Assembly (NCBI GenBank): GCA_011772645.1
Contig: WVZE01000036.1
Span: forward strand, 48,726 to 112,725
DNA length: 64,000 bases
Direction: 5' to 3'
DNA from: Candidatus Aenigmatarchaeota archaeon
GTDB lineage: Archaea > Aenigmatarchaeota > Aenigmatarchaeia > QMZP01 > QMZT01
In this document: piece after piece, positions 20,119 through 29,814 of the stretch
Layout of the letters: the number at the start of each line of letters is the position of its first letter
Numbering within the stretch: the first letter of the stretch is position 1
Made by a program: the position numbers and the translations under genes
The notes under the pieces: generated by a model
Database searches by the model: none
The model's input: the letters and a program-made list of their open reading frames with translations, nothing else
Told to the model about the DNA's origin: nothing

Positions 20119-20790
20119 ATGGTTTTTATGAAGAGAAGTAAAAATAATAAAATAAAGACAAAAACAGGAAAAACTCCCATCATGTACGAATCAGATTTTA
20201 TTACCAAAAAGGAGAAGAGGACTCTAATAATACAGACTGCCACTGCCGTTATTCTGGCCGTAACTGCTGTAGTCTACGCTGGGGGTGTTTTTGTCCAATA
20301 TAATACTTTTCAGAACCAGTTGGACCTAGATAATCCACATTTTGTAATATCTTTTGATCCAAATCAGGCGTGTAGGGACAGTATAAATGAACTTGATAGT
20401 CCATGGATTAGAATATCTTTGAAGAATTACGGTAAGTATCCAGCAAGTATAAAATTCAGTCCTTTGGTAGAGGGCATATCATTTGATGGGGGTGAAGAGG
20501 TAAGTTATGTAATCACTGAGGATTCAATAATGGAGAATTCAATACGACTGAGACCCAATCTTTCTACACAGAATTTCACAGTATCTTTAATGTACGATTG
20601 TACACCAATTCCAGTATCATATTATAGGTTCCCATTTTGGACTACTCGTGATGCACCCTGTAATTTCTGGACTGATTGTGGAATAAGATGCGAATATGAA
20701 AGAAAATATGGATATAACCATTGGGAAAGAGTAGGGGATATAGAAGGTTTAAGATGGTATAATGGAAAATGCAAGAGACTAGTTTTATAA
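20119..20790 (+). CDS. hypothetical membrane-anchored secreted protein (AT-rich, integrase-adjacent cargo)
   Basis: 223-aa ORF with a TM helix after a basic N-terminus. Its codon usage differs from the backbone. Confidence 0.4.
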   Translation: MVFMKRSKNNKIKTKTGKTPIMYESDFITKKEKRTLIIQTATAVILAVTAVVYAGGVFVQYNTFQNQLDLDNPHFVISFDPNQACRDSINELDSPWIRISLKNYGKYPASIKFSPLVEGISFDGGEEVSYVITEDSIMENSIRLRPNLSTQNFTVSLMYDCTPIPVSYYRFPFWTTRDAPCNFWTDCGIRCEYERKYGYNHWERVGDIEGLRWYNGKCKRLVL

Positions 20791-20845
20791 AGCCATTTGA
20801 CAAATTCATACAAGGCGCTGTGTTGGCATTTCCTTGGCGGCCAGG
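20785..20845 (+). repeat. direct repeat copy 1 (TTATAAAGCCATTTGACAAATTCATACAAGGCGCT...TCCTTGGCGGCCAG) containing a TATA-like TTTATAAA
   Basis: A 35-bp exact match to 22058-22093, plus a shared TCCTTGGCGGCCAG about 10 bp downstream. Confidence 0.7.
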
Positions 20846-20902
20846 GGTTTACGTATATTATATTGAATATTAACTTATTAACAATTAAAACAATAATTAT
20901 TT

Positions 20903-21973
20903 ATGGCCAAACATAAAAAAGCCATAATCATAATTCTTTTATTAATTGTTTTTATAGCCCTACTGTATCTTTCTATACCACTATTTATTTGCCCTATTGT
21001 TGATGGGGTTTCTTGCAATAATATTACTTTAACAGGAATCTGGAATTCTGATAATGATTATGTCATTGAAGTCAAGAATCTCAATGGCTCCTCTTTAGAT
21101 AATGATAATCCAATTTTTGAAAATGAGGCATATTGTCAAATATTTTTAAAAGAGAATGACCTGTCTTTTGATGAATTTAAAAACTACACGAGAAAAATCT
21201 CAGGTATGGTCCGCACCTACCAAGAAGTGAAAGAGACAGTTTCTAATGTATCAATACCCTATAGAATACAATTAGAATTTAACCAATGTTATCCGTTCGG
21301 GGGATTTTATTGTCCAGGATACGAAGTAAATATTGATACCCCGCCTTGTTTTTTCTATCAGATTGATAAGGAAACAGACCCAAATATTGCGTTGCAAGTA
21401 TGTGAAAAGACCACACTCGATGTCGAAGGTAGTAGCAAATGTTATAGAATAGTAGCCCTAAAATTTGCTGATGTAGATACAGATATGGCTGTTGCGTTAT
21501 GTGATAGAACAGCTATTTTCGGTATTTATGAGAAACTTAAATGTTATAAAAAAATTGTAATAAAGTTAGCTGAGAAAGACATTAGTAAAGCTATAGATAT
21601 ATGTGAAATTGAAGGCATGTATTGTCGTGGAGACGTTATAGAACACTATCAGAATACGTATAACATTACTGGAGAGAAGTTGGTTAAAGAATGTCTATAT
21701 TATGAATTAGGGGATAAAGTAACCGAGCGACTGTGTGCACACAACAGCATCTATCTTTATGGTTGGCAGGGACATCATGATTTAGTTTACATGTACGGCA
21801 ATGGTTATTCTGAGAAAGCAAAGATTCTTTGTGATAAAATGCTGCTTTTTTATGGTAGTGATGAATTATGCCTTAAAAAACGAGAAGGAACCATTAAAGA
21901 AATTAATAGGCCAGGAAGCGCTTTAAACCAATTCGTTCTGCAACACCCCGATGGTTTAGGAGAACCTCAATAG
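20903..21973 (+). CDS. hypothetical secreted cysteine-rich protein (AT-rich cargo gene flanked by the direct repeats)
   Basis: 356-aa ORF with a signal peptide and many Cys. It is bracketed by the two repeat copies. Confidence 0.4.
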   Translation: MAKHKKAIIIILLLIVFIALLYLSIPLFICPIVDGVSCNNITLTGIWNSDNDYVIEVKNLNGSSLDNDNPIFENEAYCQIFLKENDLSFDEFKNYTRKISGMVRTYQEVKETVSNVSIPYRIQLEFNQCYPFGGFYCPGYEVNIDTPPCFFYQIDKETDPNIALQVCEKTTLDVEGSSKCYRIVALKFADVDTDMAVALCDRTAIFGIYEKLKCYKKIVIKLAEKDISKAIDICEIEGMYCRGDVIEHYQNTYNITGEKLVKECLYYELGDKVTERLCAHNSIYLYGWQGHHDLVYMYGNGYSEKAKILCDKMLLFYGSDELCLKKREGTIKEINRPGSALNQFVLQHPDGLGEPQ

Positions 21974-22057
21974 TTAATTTAAAAGTAAAACATACTTGCA
22001 TAATATCGATTTAGAATGAGACTCGTGAGACAACCAAATTGTGCAGAACCAAGTTAA

Positions 22058-22125
22058 TTTATAAAGCCATTTGACAAATTCATACAAGGCGCTAGGCTGC
22101 GATATCCTTGGCGGCCAGAGCGGGC
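22058..22125 (+). repeat. direct repeat copy 2 (junction to native GC-rich sequence)
   Basis: Same 35-bp core and TCCTTGGCGGCCAG tail as 20785-20845. GC-rich backbone sequence follows. Confidence 0.7.
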
Positions 22126-22267
22126 GGCCTGGACATTGAAAATCTAAGAAAGAACGACGTTATACTCCTGTTGATGGGACACGGCCTGGAATGGGGAGAC
22201 ATGGACCTCAGAAGTCTTTCCAGAGATGTTAAGTGGGATATCAGAAAATTGAAAGAAAAAAAGGTGA

Positions 22268-22436
22268 TATGATGGCTTCGAAATTTTTAAGGGTGAAGTG
22301 CAGGAAATGCAAGAACGAGCAGGTTGTTTTTGAGAGACCGTCCTCCAGCATAAAATGCCTGGTCTGCGAAGAGGTTCTTGCAGAGCCCACGGGCGGGAAG
22401 GCGAAGATAAAAACCGACGTTATATCCAAGGTTTAG
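22268..22436 (+). CDS. rps27e: 30S ribosomal protein S27e
   Basis: MMASKFLRVKCRKCKNEQVVFERPSSSIKCLVCEEVLAEPTGGKAKI is the C4 zinc-finger S27e. Confidence 0.85.
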
Positions 22437-22444
22437 GTGTTATT

Positions 22445-23191
22445 TTGGAGAAAAAGATTCCTAAGAAGTGGGAGCTGGTCGTGTGCAGGATCAAGAAGAT
22501 CAATCCCCACTCCGTCCTGGCATACCTTGTGGAATACGAGAGGATGGGATTAATACACGTTTCCGAGGTCGCATCGAGGTGGGTGCGAGACATACGGGAG
22601 TTCGTGAAGGAGAACCAGTACGTTGTCTGCAGGGTCATGGAGGCGAACACTGAGCATATCTCCCTTTCCCTCAAGAGGGTCTACAAGGAGGACAGGACAA
22701 AGAAGCTGAACGAATTCAAGAGGGAGAGGAGATCGGAAAAGCTCATCGAGATGTGCGGCAGGCTGCTGAAGAAGAGCGCGGAGGAGGTCAAGAAGGAGAT
22801 AGTCCCCGTCCTGGTGGAGGAGTTCGGCTCTCTCACGAAAACGTTCGAGATGGCCCTAAGGAAGCCGGATCTCCTGAAAAGGAAAGACATCCCGGTCAAA
22901 TGGAGAGAAGCGATAATGGATATCGCCAAGAAGAACTACGCTGAGAAGACGTTCGCCGTAAAGGGCGAGCTGAGACTGATCACGAGCAGGCCCGACGGGA
23001 TCGATCTCATAAAGAAGGCTTTACTGAAGGCCAAGAGCCAGGGCCTGGAAGTCCAGTACGTGTCAGCCCCCAAGTACGTCCTGATCGGCAAGGGCAAGAA
23101 CTACAAGGAAGTGGAGAGCAAGGTCAGGGAGATCGGCGAGGGGATAGCCAAGGGCTTCGAGGGCGAAGCCAGTTTTGAGCTGGAGAAATAA
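22445..23191 (+). CDS. eif2a: translation initiation factor 2 alpha subunit (aIF2-alpha)
   Basis: S1 domain (...LVVCRIKKINPHSVLAYLVEYE...GLIHVSEV...) plus the helical and C-terminal alpha-beta domain. A TTG start at 22445 is likely. Follows S27e as in the conserved archaeal L44e-S27e-aIF2a operon. Confidence 0.8.
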   Translation: MEKKIPKKWELVVCRIKKINPHSVLAYLVEYERMGLIHVSEVASRWVRDIREFVKENQYVVCRVMEANTEHISLSLKRVYKEDRTKKLNEFKRERRSEKLIEMCGRLLKKSAEEVKKEIVPVLVEEFGSLTKTFEMALRKPDLLKRKDIPVKWREAIMDIAKKNYAEKTFAVKGELRLITSRPDGIDLIKKALLKAKSQGLEVQYVSAPKYVLIGKGKNYKEVESKVREIGEGIAKGFEGEASFELEK

Positions 23192-23209
23192 ACATAAAAT
23201 AATAAGAAT

Positions 23210-23908
23210 TTACTTGGTTATTTTAATGGAAACATTTTTTGGTTTTTTGGGCTTCCATTTGTATCTCTTGAAAAAGGGGAATCCTTCTCTTAATTCTATC
23301 CCTATTCCCATTTCCCTTAATGTATTCGTTTCTTCTTTGCTCAGCTGCGTCAGGTAAACCCTGTCGGTTGTCACTGTACTTCCCTTTCCGGAAATGTATT
23401 CGGCTGTTCTGGCTGTATTCTGCATGCCGTCCAAATTCAGAAGTTTCGGTACGAGTTCACTGACAGGAACTTCCTTCGTAAATATGTACAGGTATTTTCT
23501 TTTCTTCCCAATTCTGTTATTACTAAGCTTCTTTCTTCTCGTTCTCCAGGGTATTTTCTTGCCGTCAACTTCAACGTAACTTCCCATGTCAGTTACCCTC
23601 CATTTCTTACTATTAAGTCCGAGATCTGGTATATCCAGCATGTTGGAAGCATGCTCTTCGATTTTCGTTCCTTCATATTTCCTTTCCAAAATGTCAATCC
23701 TGGAACCACTCAATCTCGCATTTTTGAGGGTTTTTCCCTTCCTTTTGAAAGCAAGTTGTTTATAAGACTCGCCTTTCTTGATCTCACCGTGAGGTTCAAA
23801 TCCCATGTTCAAGATATCACTCACCAAACCCTTAGGTATACCCTCTTGGTTCGTGATCTGATAAACAGCTTCTGAATTCCTGTAAATCCTTGAAACGTAT
23901 TTTACCAT
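23210..23908 (-). CDS. hypothetical basic protein (AT-rich islet)
   Basis: 232-aa ORF, K/R-rich, with no recognisable motif. Confidence 0.35.
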   Translation of the reverse strand: MVKYVSRIYRNSEAVYQITNQEGIPKGLVSDILNMGFEPHGEIKKGESYKQLAFKRKGKTLKNARLSGSRIDILERKYEGTKIEEHASNMLDIPDLGLNSKKWRVTDMGSYVEVDGKKIPWRTRRKKLSNNRIGKKRKYLYIFTKEVPVSELVPKLLNLDGMQNTARTAEYISGKGSTVTTDRVYLTQLSKEETNTLREMGIGIELREGFPFFKRYKWKPKKPKNVSIKITK

Positions 23909-23918
23909 TCAATCACCT

Positions 23919-24293
23919 CTATTTGGAATATCCTTCGGGCAATACCATTCCGTCCGGTTTGCCTGTTTCAGGATCGACCATGTCGAAAAGCTTAATCTCC
24001 TCTCCCGTATCGAATTGATGCATTTTCTTTCCACCATTCACCTTTTCGAGCATGTCCTGATGGACACCCCATGCAAGCCCGCTGTGCTTTATTGGTTCAT
24101 GCATGTAGTTATTCCAGGCAACGCCTGATGTACACTCAACTGCCTGTATTTCCGAACCATTATAGGCTTTCACAGCATTGGCATAATTGTTGTATTCAAC
24201 CAGTCCGAGGCCTCCTGCCGCTCCTATGGCTAGCGCAAAGAACGCCAGGTGATCGGACGTCTTTCTCGGTAATCTTATCTTGTATGTGGTCAT
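23919..24293 (-). CDS. hypothetical small secreted/membrane protein
   Basis: 124-aa ORF with an N-terminal hydrophobic segment (LAFFALAIGAAGGLGL). Confidence 0.35.
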   Translation of the reverse strand: MTTYKIRLPRKTSDHLAFFALAIGAAGGLGLVEYNNYANAVKAYNGSEIQAVECTSGVAWNNYMHEPIKHSGLAWGVHQDMLEKVNGGKKMHQFDTGEEIKLFDMVDPETGKPDGMVLPEGYSK

Positions 24294-24385
24294 CCTAACC
24301 CTCCTTTATAAATTTTATCACTTTTTAATAGTTAATTATTACATATTTATTGATTTGGGGGTATTTAAAGCTTTCGTTTGCCTCT

Positions 24386-24727
24386 TCAAGCCGCTGTCAG
24401 CTGGATTTCCGCTTCCTCTTCGGGGATACTGTTTCCAGGAAGGGTGTAGCCTGATTCCGTGAGGGTGGCGTCCTCGTACTGCTTGCCTTCCCTGTGGTCC
24501 CTGTCGGTTGCTCGCCAGTTGTTTTCTTCCAGGATTAATTCGTCCGCGTGGTCGTCGTACCTGATCTCGCGGAATATCTCGAGAAGGTTCAGGTATTCCC
24601 CGATCACGTGGTCGGGAACGATCAGGTCGTATCGTATTTTGAACTTCTCGTAGAACAAAGAGGGATCTATGGATTTCTCCTTGTTTCTTCCGTGCAGGGA
24701 CGGCCTGGTTTCGGCATCTACTAACAT
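24386..24727 (-). CDS. hypothetical acidic small protein
   Basis: 113-aa ORF. The overlapping Arg-rich 132-aa ORF in another frame looks like a GC-frame artefact. Confidence 0.35.
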   Translation of the reverse strand: MLVDAETRPSLHGRNKEKSIDPSLFYEKFKIRYDLIVPDHVIGEYLNLLEIFREIRYDDHADELILEENNWRATDRDHREGKQYEDATLTESGYTLPGNSIPEEEAEIQLTAA

Positions 24728-24809
24728 TCTTTCTCAAACCTTAACTTTAAAACAAGTATATTAATATATAAACAAAAATTTATAAAAATTTAGTGCCCAG
24801 CGTGTTAAT

Positions 24810-26144
24810 ATGGTCTTGGACAAACTTGGATCGGGCCTGAAGGAGACGTTCCGCAGGATCGCGGGCCTGGGGATCGTGGACAAGGAGGCAGTGGAAAGGA
24901 TAGTTCGCGACCTGCAGAGAACGCTGATCCAGTCGGACGTGGACGTCCAGATAGTTCTCGGAATGTCGCAGAACATAAAGAACAAGGTTCTTAAGGAAAA
25001 ACCTCCCAAGGGGATGACGATCAAGGAGTATTTCGTGAAGACGCTCTATGATGAGATCATTAATCTTTTGGGCAGGGAGAAGGGTAAGCTCGGACTGAAG
25101 CCCTCCAGGATCCTTCTGATAGGCCTGTTCGGCTGCGGGAAGACAACGACCTGCGGGAAGCTCGCGCTCTGGTTCAAGAAACGGGGTCTGTCCACCGCGC
25201 TGGTTGCCTGCGACACGCACAGGGCAGCGGCGCAGGACCAGCTCAAACAGATAGGGAAGAAGCTTGATGTTAACGTCTACTCCGAAGGGAAGAAGCCAGA
25301 GGACATCGCAAAAAACGCGGTTAAAAAAGCAAAGGAAAACGTCCTGATCTTCGATTCCGCGGGAAGGGACGCTCTGGACAGGGGATTGGCGAAGGAATTG
25401 AAAAACCTGGGTAAGATCATAAAACCGGATGAGGTTTTCCTCGTGATCCCGGCGGACATAGGCCAGGCAGCCAGGAAGCAATCCGAGGAATTCAACAAGA
25501 TGGTGGGGATAACGGGCCTGATAGTGACGAAACTTGACGGGACAGCGAAAGGGGGAGGAGCTCTCGCTGCCTCGAGCGTTTCAGGATCGAACGTACTCAT
25601 GATAGGGGTGGGGGAGAAGCTTGAGAACTTCGAGGAGTACGACCCCCAGAGGTTCGTCTCGAGACTGATAGGTTACGGGGACATACAGGGACTGCTCGAG
25701 AAGGCGAAGGAGGCAGGGGCGGAAGAGACCGCGAAGAAGTTAATGGAAGGGAAATTCACGCTCAACGAATTCTACGAGCAGTTGGGTTCCCTCCAGAAAA
25801 TGGGCTCGCTCTCGAGCATGATGAACATGATCCCGGGCTTGTCCGGGGGGGCGCTCGCGAAAAAACTCCCGAAGGACTTCCTCGATGTGCAGGAGGACAA
25901 GATGAAGAGATGGAAGTTCATAATCGATTCCATGACCCCGGGGGAGAGGGAGGAACCTGACGTGATAAAGCAGTCAAGGGTCCAGAGGATCGCGAAGGGT
26001 TCGGGGACGACCCAGGCAGAAGTGAGGGAACTTCTTAAGAACTACAGGCAGATAAAGAAGGTCCTGAAGATGACCGGCGGGGGGAAGGCTTTCAAGAGAG
26101 GACCGCTGGCGAAGCTCGCGAAGCAGTTCGGGCTTGGAGCATGA
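24810..26144 (+). CDS. srp54: signal recognition particle protein SRP54
   Basis: N domain, G domain (GLFGCGKTTTCGKLA, DTHRAAA, DSAGR), and a Met-rich M domain. Confidence 0.9.
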   Translation: MVLDKLGSGLKETFRRIAGLGIVDKEAVERIVRDLQRTLIQSDVDVQIVLGMSQNIKNKVLKEKPPKGMTIKEYFVKTLYDEIINLLGREKGKLGLKPSRILLIGLFGCGKTTTCGKLALWFKKRGLSTALVACDTHRAAAQDQLKQIGKKLDVNVYSEGKKPEDIAKNAVKKAKENVLIFDSAGRDALDRGLAKELKNLGKIIKPDEVFLVIPADIGQAARKQSEEFNKMVGITGLIVTKLDGTAKGGGALAASSVSGSNVLMIGVGEKLENFEEYDPQRFVSRLIGYGDIQGLLEKAKEAGAEETAKKLMEGKFTLNEFYEQLGSLQKMGSLSSMMNMIPGLSGGALAKKLPKDFLDVQEDKMKRWKFIIDSMTPGEREEPDVIKQSRVQRIAKGSGTTQAEVRELLKNYRQIKKVLKMTGGGKAFKRGPLAKLAKQFGLGA

Positions 26145-26204
26145 TTCGCTTTCTACCGAAAGAAATCATAACTTATATAAGAGATGCGAGCGAATTATTA
26201 ATTA

Positions 26205-29200
26205 ATGAAAAGAATCCTAATCCCGGCTTTGATATTCATCTTCATTTTTATTTCCTTCTCCAACCCCGCAGTCGCACCATACAACCAGACAAATCAAACC
26301 GCTAACTGCACGAATTACTTCGATGGGATATGCCCGGCCCAGTGCTCTGTTGATATTGATGCGGACTGCTGTTTTCAAGGAGGAAAATGCTGGGTTGGAG
26401 AGGAATGTTTTATCTGCATGACCTGCACTGATACCGATGGGGGTAAGGATTACTATGTTAGGGGGGATGTAAGCTATTGTGATTGGATCACTGAAGAAGA
26501 GCCTGGTTCTGGTGTTCCGGTTGGATGTGCACTGCATAGTGATGTGTGTAAAGATGGTGATGTAGTTTTGGAATATTATTGCCAAGAGGGATTAATCGTT
26601 GGAGTGGTCCATGCCTCAAAATTGAAAGCGGAAGATTACGTATGCCCTTACGGATGCGAGGATGGCGTGTGCGTTACAATCGATCATTGTTCCAACGGGG
26701 TGAAGGATGCGGATGAGGATGGGGTGGACTGCGGCGGGGTGGATTGCCATCCCTGTAAAATATGCGGTAACGGGGTGTGCGAAATAGGGGAGACCTGGGA
26801 GAACTGCCCCCAGGACTGCGAGATGCCGAAATGTCCTGCTTATATCGATCTGGCCTTCAACAAGTACGAATACTACCCGGGAGATTATTTCGAGGTCCTG
26901 GTCAAGATTTATGACGTAAACGAGAATCCTTTCCCTAACCAGGTTTTCAGCATGCACAACGAGAGGGAGGGTTCGACATCGGAATTCTACACTGATCCGA
27001 CCGGGATCTACAAATCAGTCTCAACCGTACCATCCGATCCCAAATACGCGGGGGAATGGACATTCTCAGCCTCCGTGAACAAGGAAAACTGTCATTACAT
27101 CTCGGAGAGGGAGAGCTTTTACATAAAGATTTCAGATGAGTGCGGCGACGGTTTCTGCAGCCAGCATGAAAGGGAATTGATATGCGAGACGGTTTGTTAC
27201 GGGGTTCAATCTTCCGGGGGTGCGACCACGGGCGTGACGGGCGCCATTACGGCGTATCCGGAGACAATGATAGCCCCTACCTATGTGGAACCGATAAGTT
27301 GCGTAAGCTATTGTCATGTTAAATGCCAGAGGGATTGCACTCCGAACTGCGGGAACGGGGTGTGCGATATGGAGGTTTGTGAAAGGGAAGGTTGTCCGAT
27401 ACCTGAAAGCGAGGAGAACTGTCCCCAGGATTGCAGGAAACCGAACTACTGCGGTTCGCGTTCAAGGGATCCCAATTGTGTATGCAAGGAGGGCTACAGG
27501 AAGGAAATCTTTGAAGAGCCTTGCTTTGAAGATTATGTAGGGGGGGATGGAGTTATTCAGCCCACAACAGGAATGGTGACAGGAACTCTAAAAGAAATGG
27601 AATGTCCTGTGGAAGAAGTTTTATGTGCAGAAGGATCTGTTGTCAGATCTTATATTGGCAAAGACGGATGCGAACACAAAGCTTGTGTTTCGCCTGAATG
27701 TCCAGTAGAAGAAGTCTTGTGTGAAGTGGGATCTAAAAGATATTCTTATATAGGTGGTGACGGATGCATACATACTACATGTTTTATTGTAAAGTGCGCA
27801 AAGGAAGGGGAATACACGAGCGGGCCTGTTTCCCCTGAATATCAGTATGGTTGCTGTGAGGGTCTGAAAGGATTTAACACGCATCCTGATCTTGTGGGTA
27901 GCGGACTTCTCTGTTATGACCCGAATAAGGGAACCCCTGTCTGCAAACACGAAGGGACGGAATCGGAGGGTTGGTATTATTCCGGAACAGGCGATCTGCT
28001 GGTGTATGAGGATTGCCACAGGGAACAAAGGATGTGCAGGTATTACAGGTGCGTTCCGGCCTACAAGTACATTTACCTTCACACCGACAAGTACGCGTAC
28101 AACATCAATGAACGGGTTGAGATATCCACAAACCCGTTCGAAACCGGAAATCTCGAGGTGGAGCGGATCGAGGTAAGTGTGAAGAAACCCTACGGCGAAT
28201 CCGAGGTCGTGACACTGAGCGCTGTCTGCGAAACAGAGGATATCTGTCCGTTATGCCAGGTTGGGCAGTACTGTCCCCCGTGCAAAACTCACACCGCCTG
28301 CAGATACACGGGGACGTTCGCGGGGACGGACGAGGTCGGTGTTTACCACGTAGGACCGCTTCAGGAGGTAACGGATCTGGTAATCAATCCCGTTTCCTTC
28401 AGGGTTTACGATTACTCCCTGCTGGGGAAATACCTCATACTCAGGGACATAGATGGTTACATATACAGGGATGCGAAGTTGAGCCCGGGACCTGAAAACG
28501 TTATGGGTTACATGGCGAACTACTTTAAGGACGGGAAGGACTATGTAGTTATAGTGGCTGATTTCGAGAACAGGGAGGATCTGGAGAAATTCCTGAGGAC
28601 GGTCTTCGGGCAATTCGCCCCGAGAGAGGAAAAGATAAACACATACTACATATACGTTTTCGATACCTACGGCCAGAAGATTTACGTGTGGACGCACAGG
28701 ACCTTCCTGATAGGCGTTACGGGTCACATGCCCGTTGCATTAAGGGCAGAAATGGTCAAGCCCGTTCCTGTTGAGATTCCGGTCAAGCCAGTCAGCGGAG
28801 CCATTCCCTTGGAGGAGGAGACGGTTTACGGGACGCCCCAGAAGGCTCCGGAATTTTTGACCGGGATGATTACCGGGATGCCCATCGCAGAGACCATACC
28901 CGTCTACTGCGGCATGGATTCGATATACCCGCAATGCATATGCAGGGCGGACGAGACCAAGGAGGAGTTCACGCCTCCCTGTATGGAAGGTGTGTGTGAA
29001 AGGCATTACAGATGTAAGCCGCCGCTTCCGAGAGAGCTCTTGGTCGCGTATCTCGATAAGTATCCGAGCGATATCAAGGCTACAGGGACGGAGTGCGAAC
29101 AGAAGGGAGGTCACTGCATTCATTCTGAAGGATTCTGCAAACCAGGATTCGAGGAGACGGGCTTCGCATGCAAGACTAACGCTGAGAAGTGCTGTGTGAA

Positions 29201-29510
29201 GGAAGTGGACAGGGACGACTTCCTGGAGATGGTTATGAAACTCGAGGGAATAAGGGTTAAAATGGACAGGCTGGAAAGAAGGGCGAGAGCACTTTCAGGT
29301 TATTACGATTCCGTCGGGGATGAGAACAGGTTTGAGAAGTTCAGTGATGTGGCAGGCATGTTCGCCCATGCGAAGCAGATGATTGATGACATAATTGCGA
29401 AGATAAGGGCAAACCTCAACAACCTGGAAGGGATAAGGAGCGAGGTGAAAGAGGACATAGAGGAGCTGAGAGCGTATATAAGCAGCATACTCGAGAGAAT
29501 GGTTTCGTGA
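26205..29510 (+). CDS. large secreted cysteine-rich protein with tandem ECPVEEVLC repeats and a C-terminal coiled-coil
   Basis: 1101-aa ORF with signal peptide MKRILIPALIFIFIFISFSNPAVA and more than 100 Cys. An adjacent duplicate unit reads MECPVEEVLCAEGSVV.SYIGKDGC.H..C / PECPVEEVLCEVGSKRYSYIGGDGC.H..C. There is no C-terminal TM. Confidence 0.55.
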   Translation: MKRILIPALIFIFIFISFSNPAVAPYNQTNQTANCTNYFDGICPAQCSVDIDADCCFQGGKCWVGEECFICMTCTDTDGGKDYYVRGDVSYCDWITEEEPGSGVPVGCALHSDVCKDGDVVLEYYCQEGLIVGVVHASKLKAEDYVCPYGCEDGVCVTIDHCSNGVKDADEDGVDCGGVDCHPCKICGNGVCEIGETWENCPQDCEMPKCPAYIDLAFNKYEYYPGDYFEVLVKIYDVNENPFPNQVFSMHNEREGSTSEFYTDPTGIYKSVSTVPSDPKYAGEWTFSASVNKENCHYISERESFYIKISDECGDGFCSQHERELICETVCYGVQSSGGATTGVTGAITAYPETMIAPTYVEPISCVSYCHVKCQRDCTPNCGNGVCDMEVCEREGCPIPESEENCPQDCRKPNYCGSRSRDPNCVCKEGYRKEIFEEPCFEDYVGGDGVIQPTTGMVTGTLKEMECPVEEVLCAEGSVVRSYIGKDGCEHKACVSPECPVEEVLCEVGSKRYSYIGGDGCIHTTCFIVKCAKEGEYTSGPVSPEYQYGCCEGLKGFNTHPDLVGSGLLCYDPNKGTPVCKHEGTESEGWYYSGTGDLLVYEDCHREQRMCRYYRCVPAYKYIYLHTDKYAYNINERVEISTNPFETGNLEVERIEVSVKKPYGESEVVTLSAVCETEDICPLCQVGQYCPPCKTHTACRYTGTFAGTDEVGVYHVGPLQEVTDLVINPVSFRVYDYSLLGKYLILRDIDGYIYRDAKLSPGPENVMGYMANYFKDGKDYVVIVADFENREDLEKFLRTVFGQFAPREEKINTYYIYVFDTYGQKIYVWTHRTFLIGVTGHMPVALRAEMVKPVPVEIPVKPVSGAIPLEEETVYGTPQKAPEFLTGMITGMPIAETIPVYCGMDSIYPQCICRADETKEEFTPPCMEGVCERHYRCKPPLPRELLVAYLDKYPSDIKATGTECEQKGGHCIHSEGFCKPGFEETGFACKTNAEKCCVKEVDRDDFLEMVMKLEGIRVKMDRLERRARALSGYYDSVGDENRFEKFSDVAGMFAHAKQMIDDIIAKIRANLNNLEGIRSEVKEDIEELRAYISSILERMVS

Positions 29511-29523
29511 TAGGAGGGATTGA

Positions 29524-29778
29524 ATGGTGGAAAACATCTACGATGAGATGGAAAGCAGAGAGGGAGGCGTGAGCAGAAGGAAGGCGTACGCCCTGGTTTT
29601 TATCATAATTATTCTGGTGGGAGCCGTGGGGTTCCTCCTTTACGCGGGTTATGACGGTGTGTTACCCCTGGTGGAAAGGGTGACGAACGCGGAACAGGCT
29701 TCCAACACGCTTTCTGAGCTCGGGAACGATCTGAGCGGAATCTCGGATGATTTAAAGGATATGGAGAATATTCTTTGA
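29524..29778 (+). CDS. small membrane protein
   Basis: 84-aa ORF with one TM helix. Confidence 0.3.
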   Translation: MVENIYDEMESREGGVSRRKAYALVFIIIILVGAVGFLLYAGYDGVLPLVERVTNAEQASNTLSELGNDLSGISDDLKDMENIL

Positions 29779-29814
29779 CAAACGGATTTATAGGAATTCA
29801 GGGAATTATTAATT

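Noticed and set aside
24339-24737. 132-aa Arg-rich ORF overlapping the 113-aa ORF in another frame
   Set aside because: Its composition (R/P/G-rich) is typical of an off-frame read of GC-rich coding sequence. The 113-aa acidic ORF is the more plausible gene.
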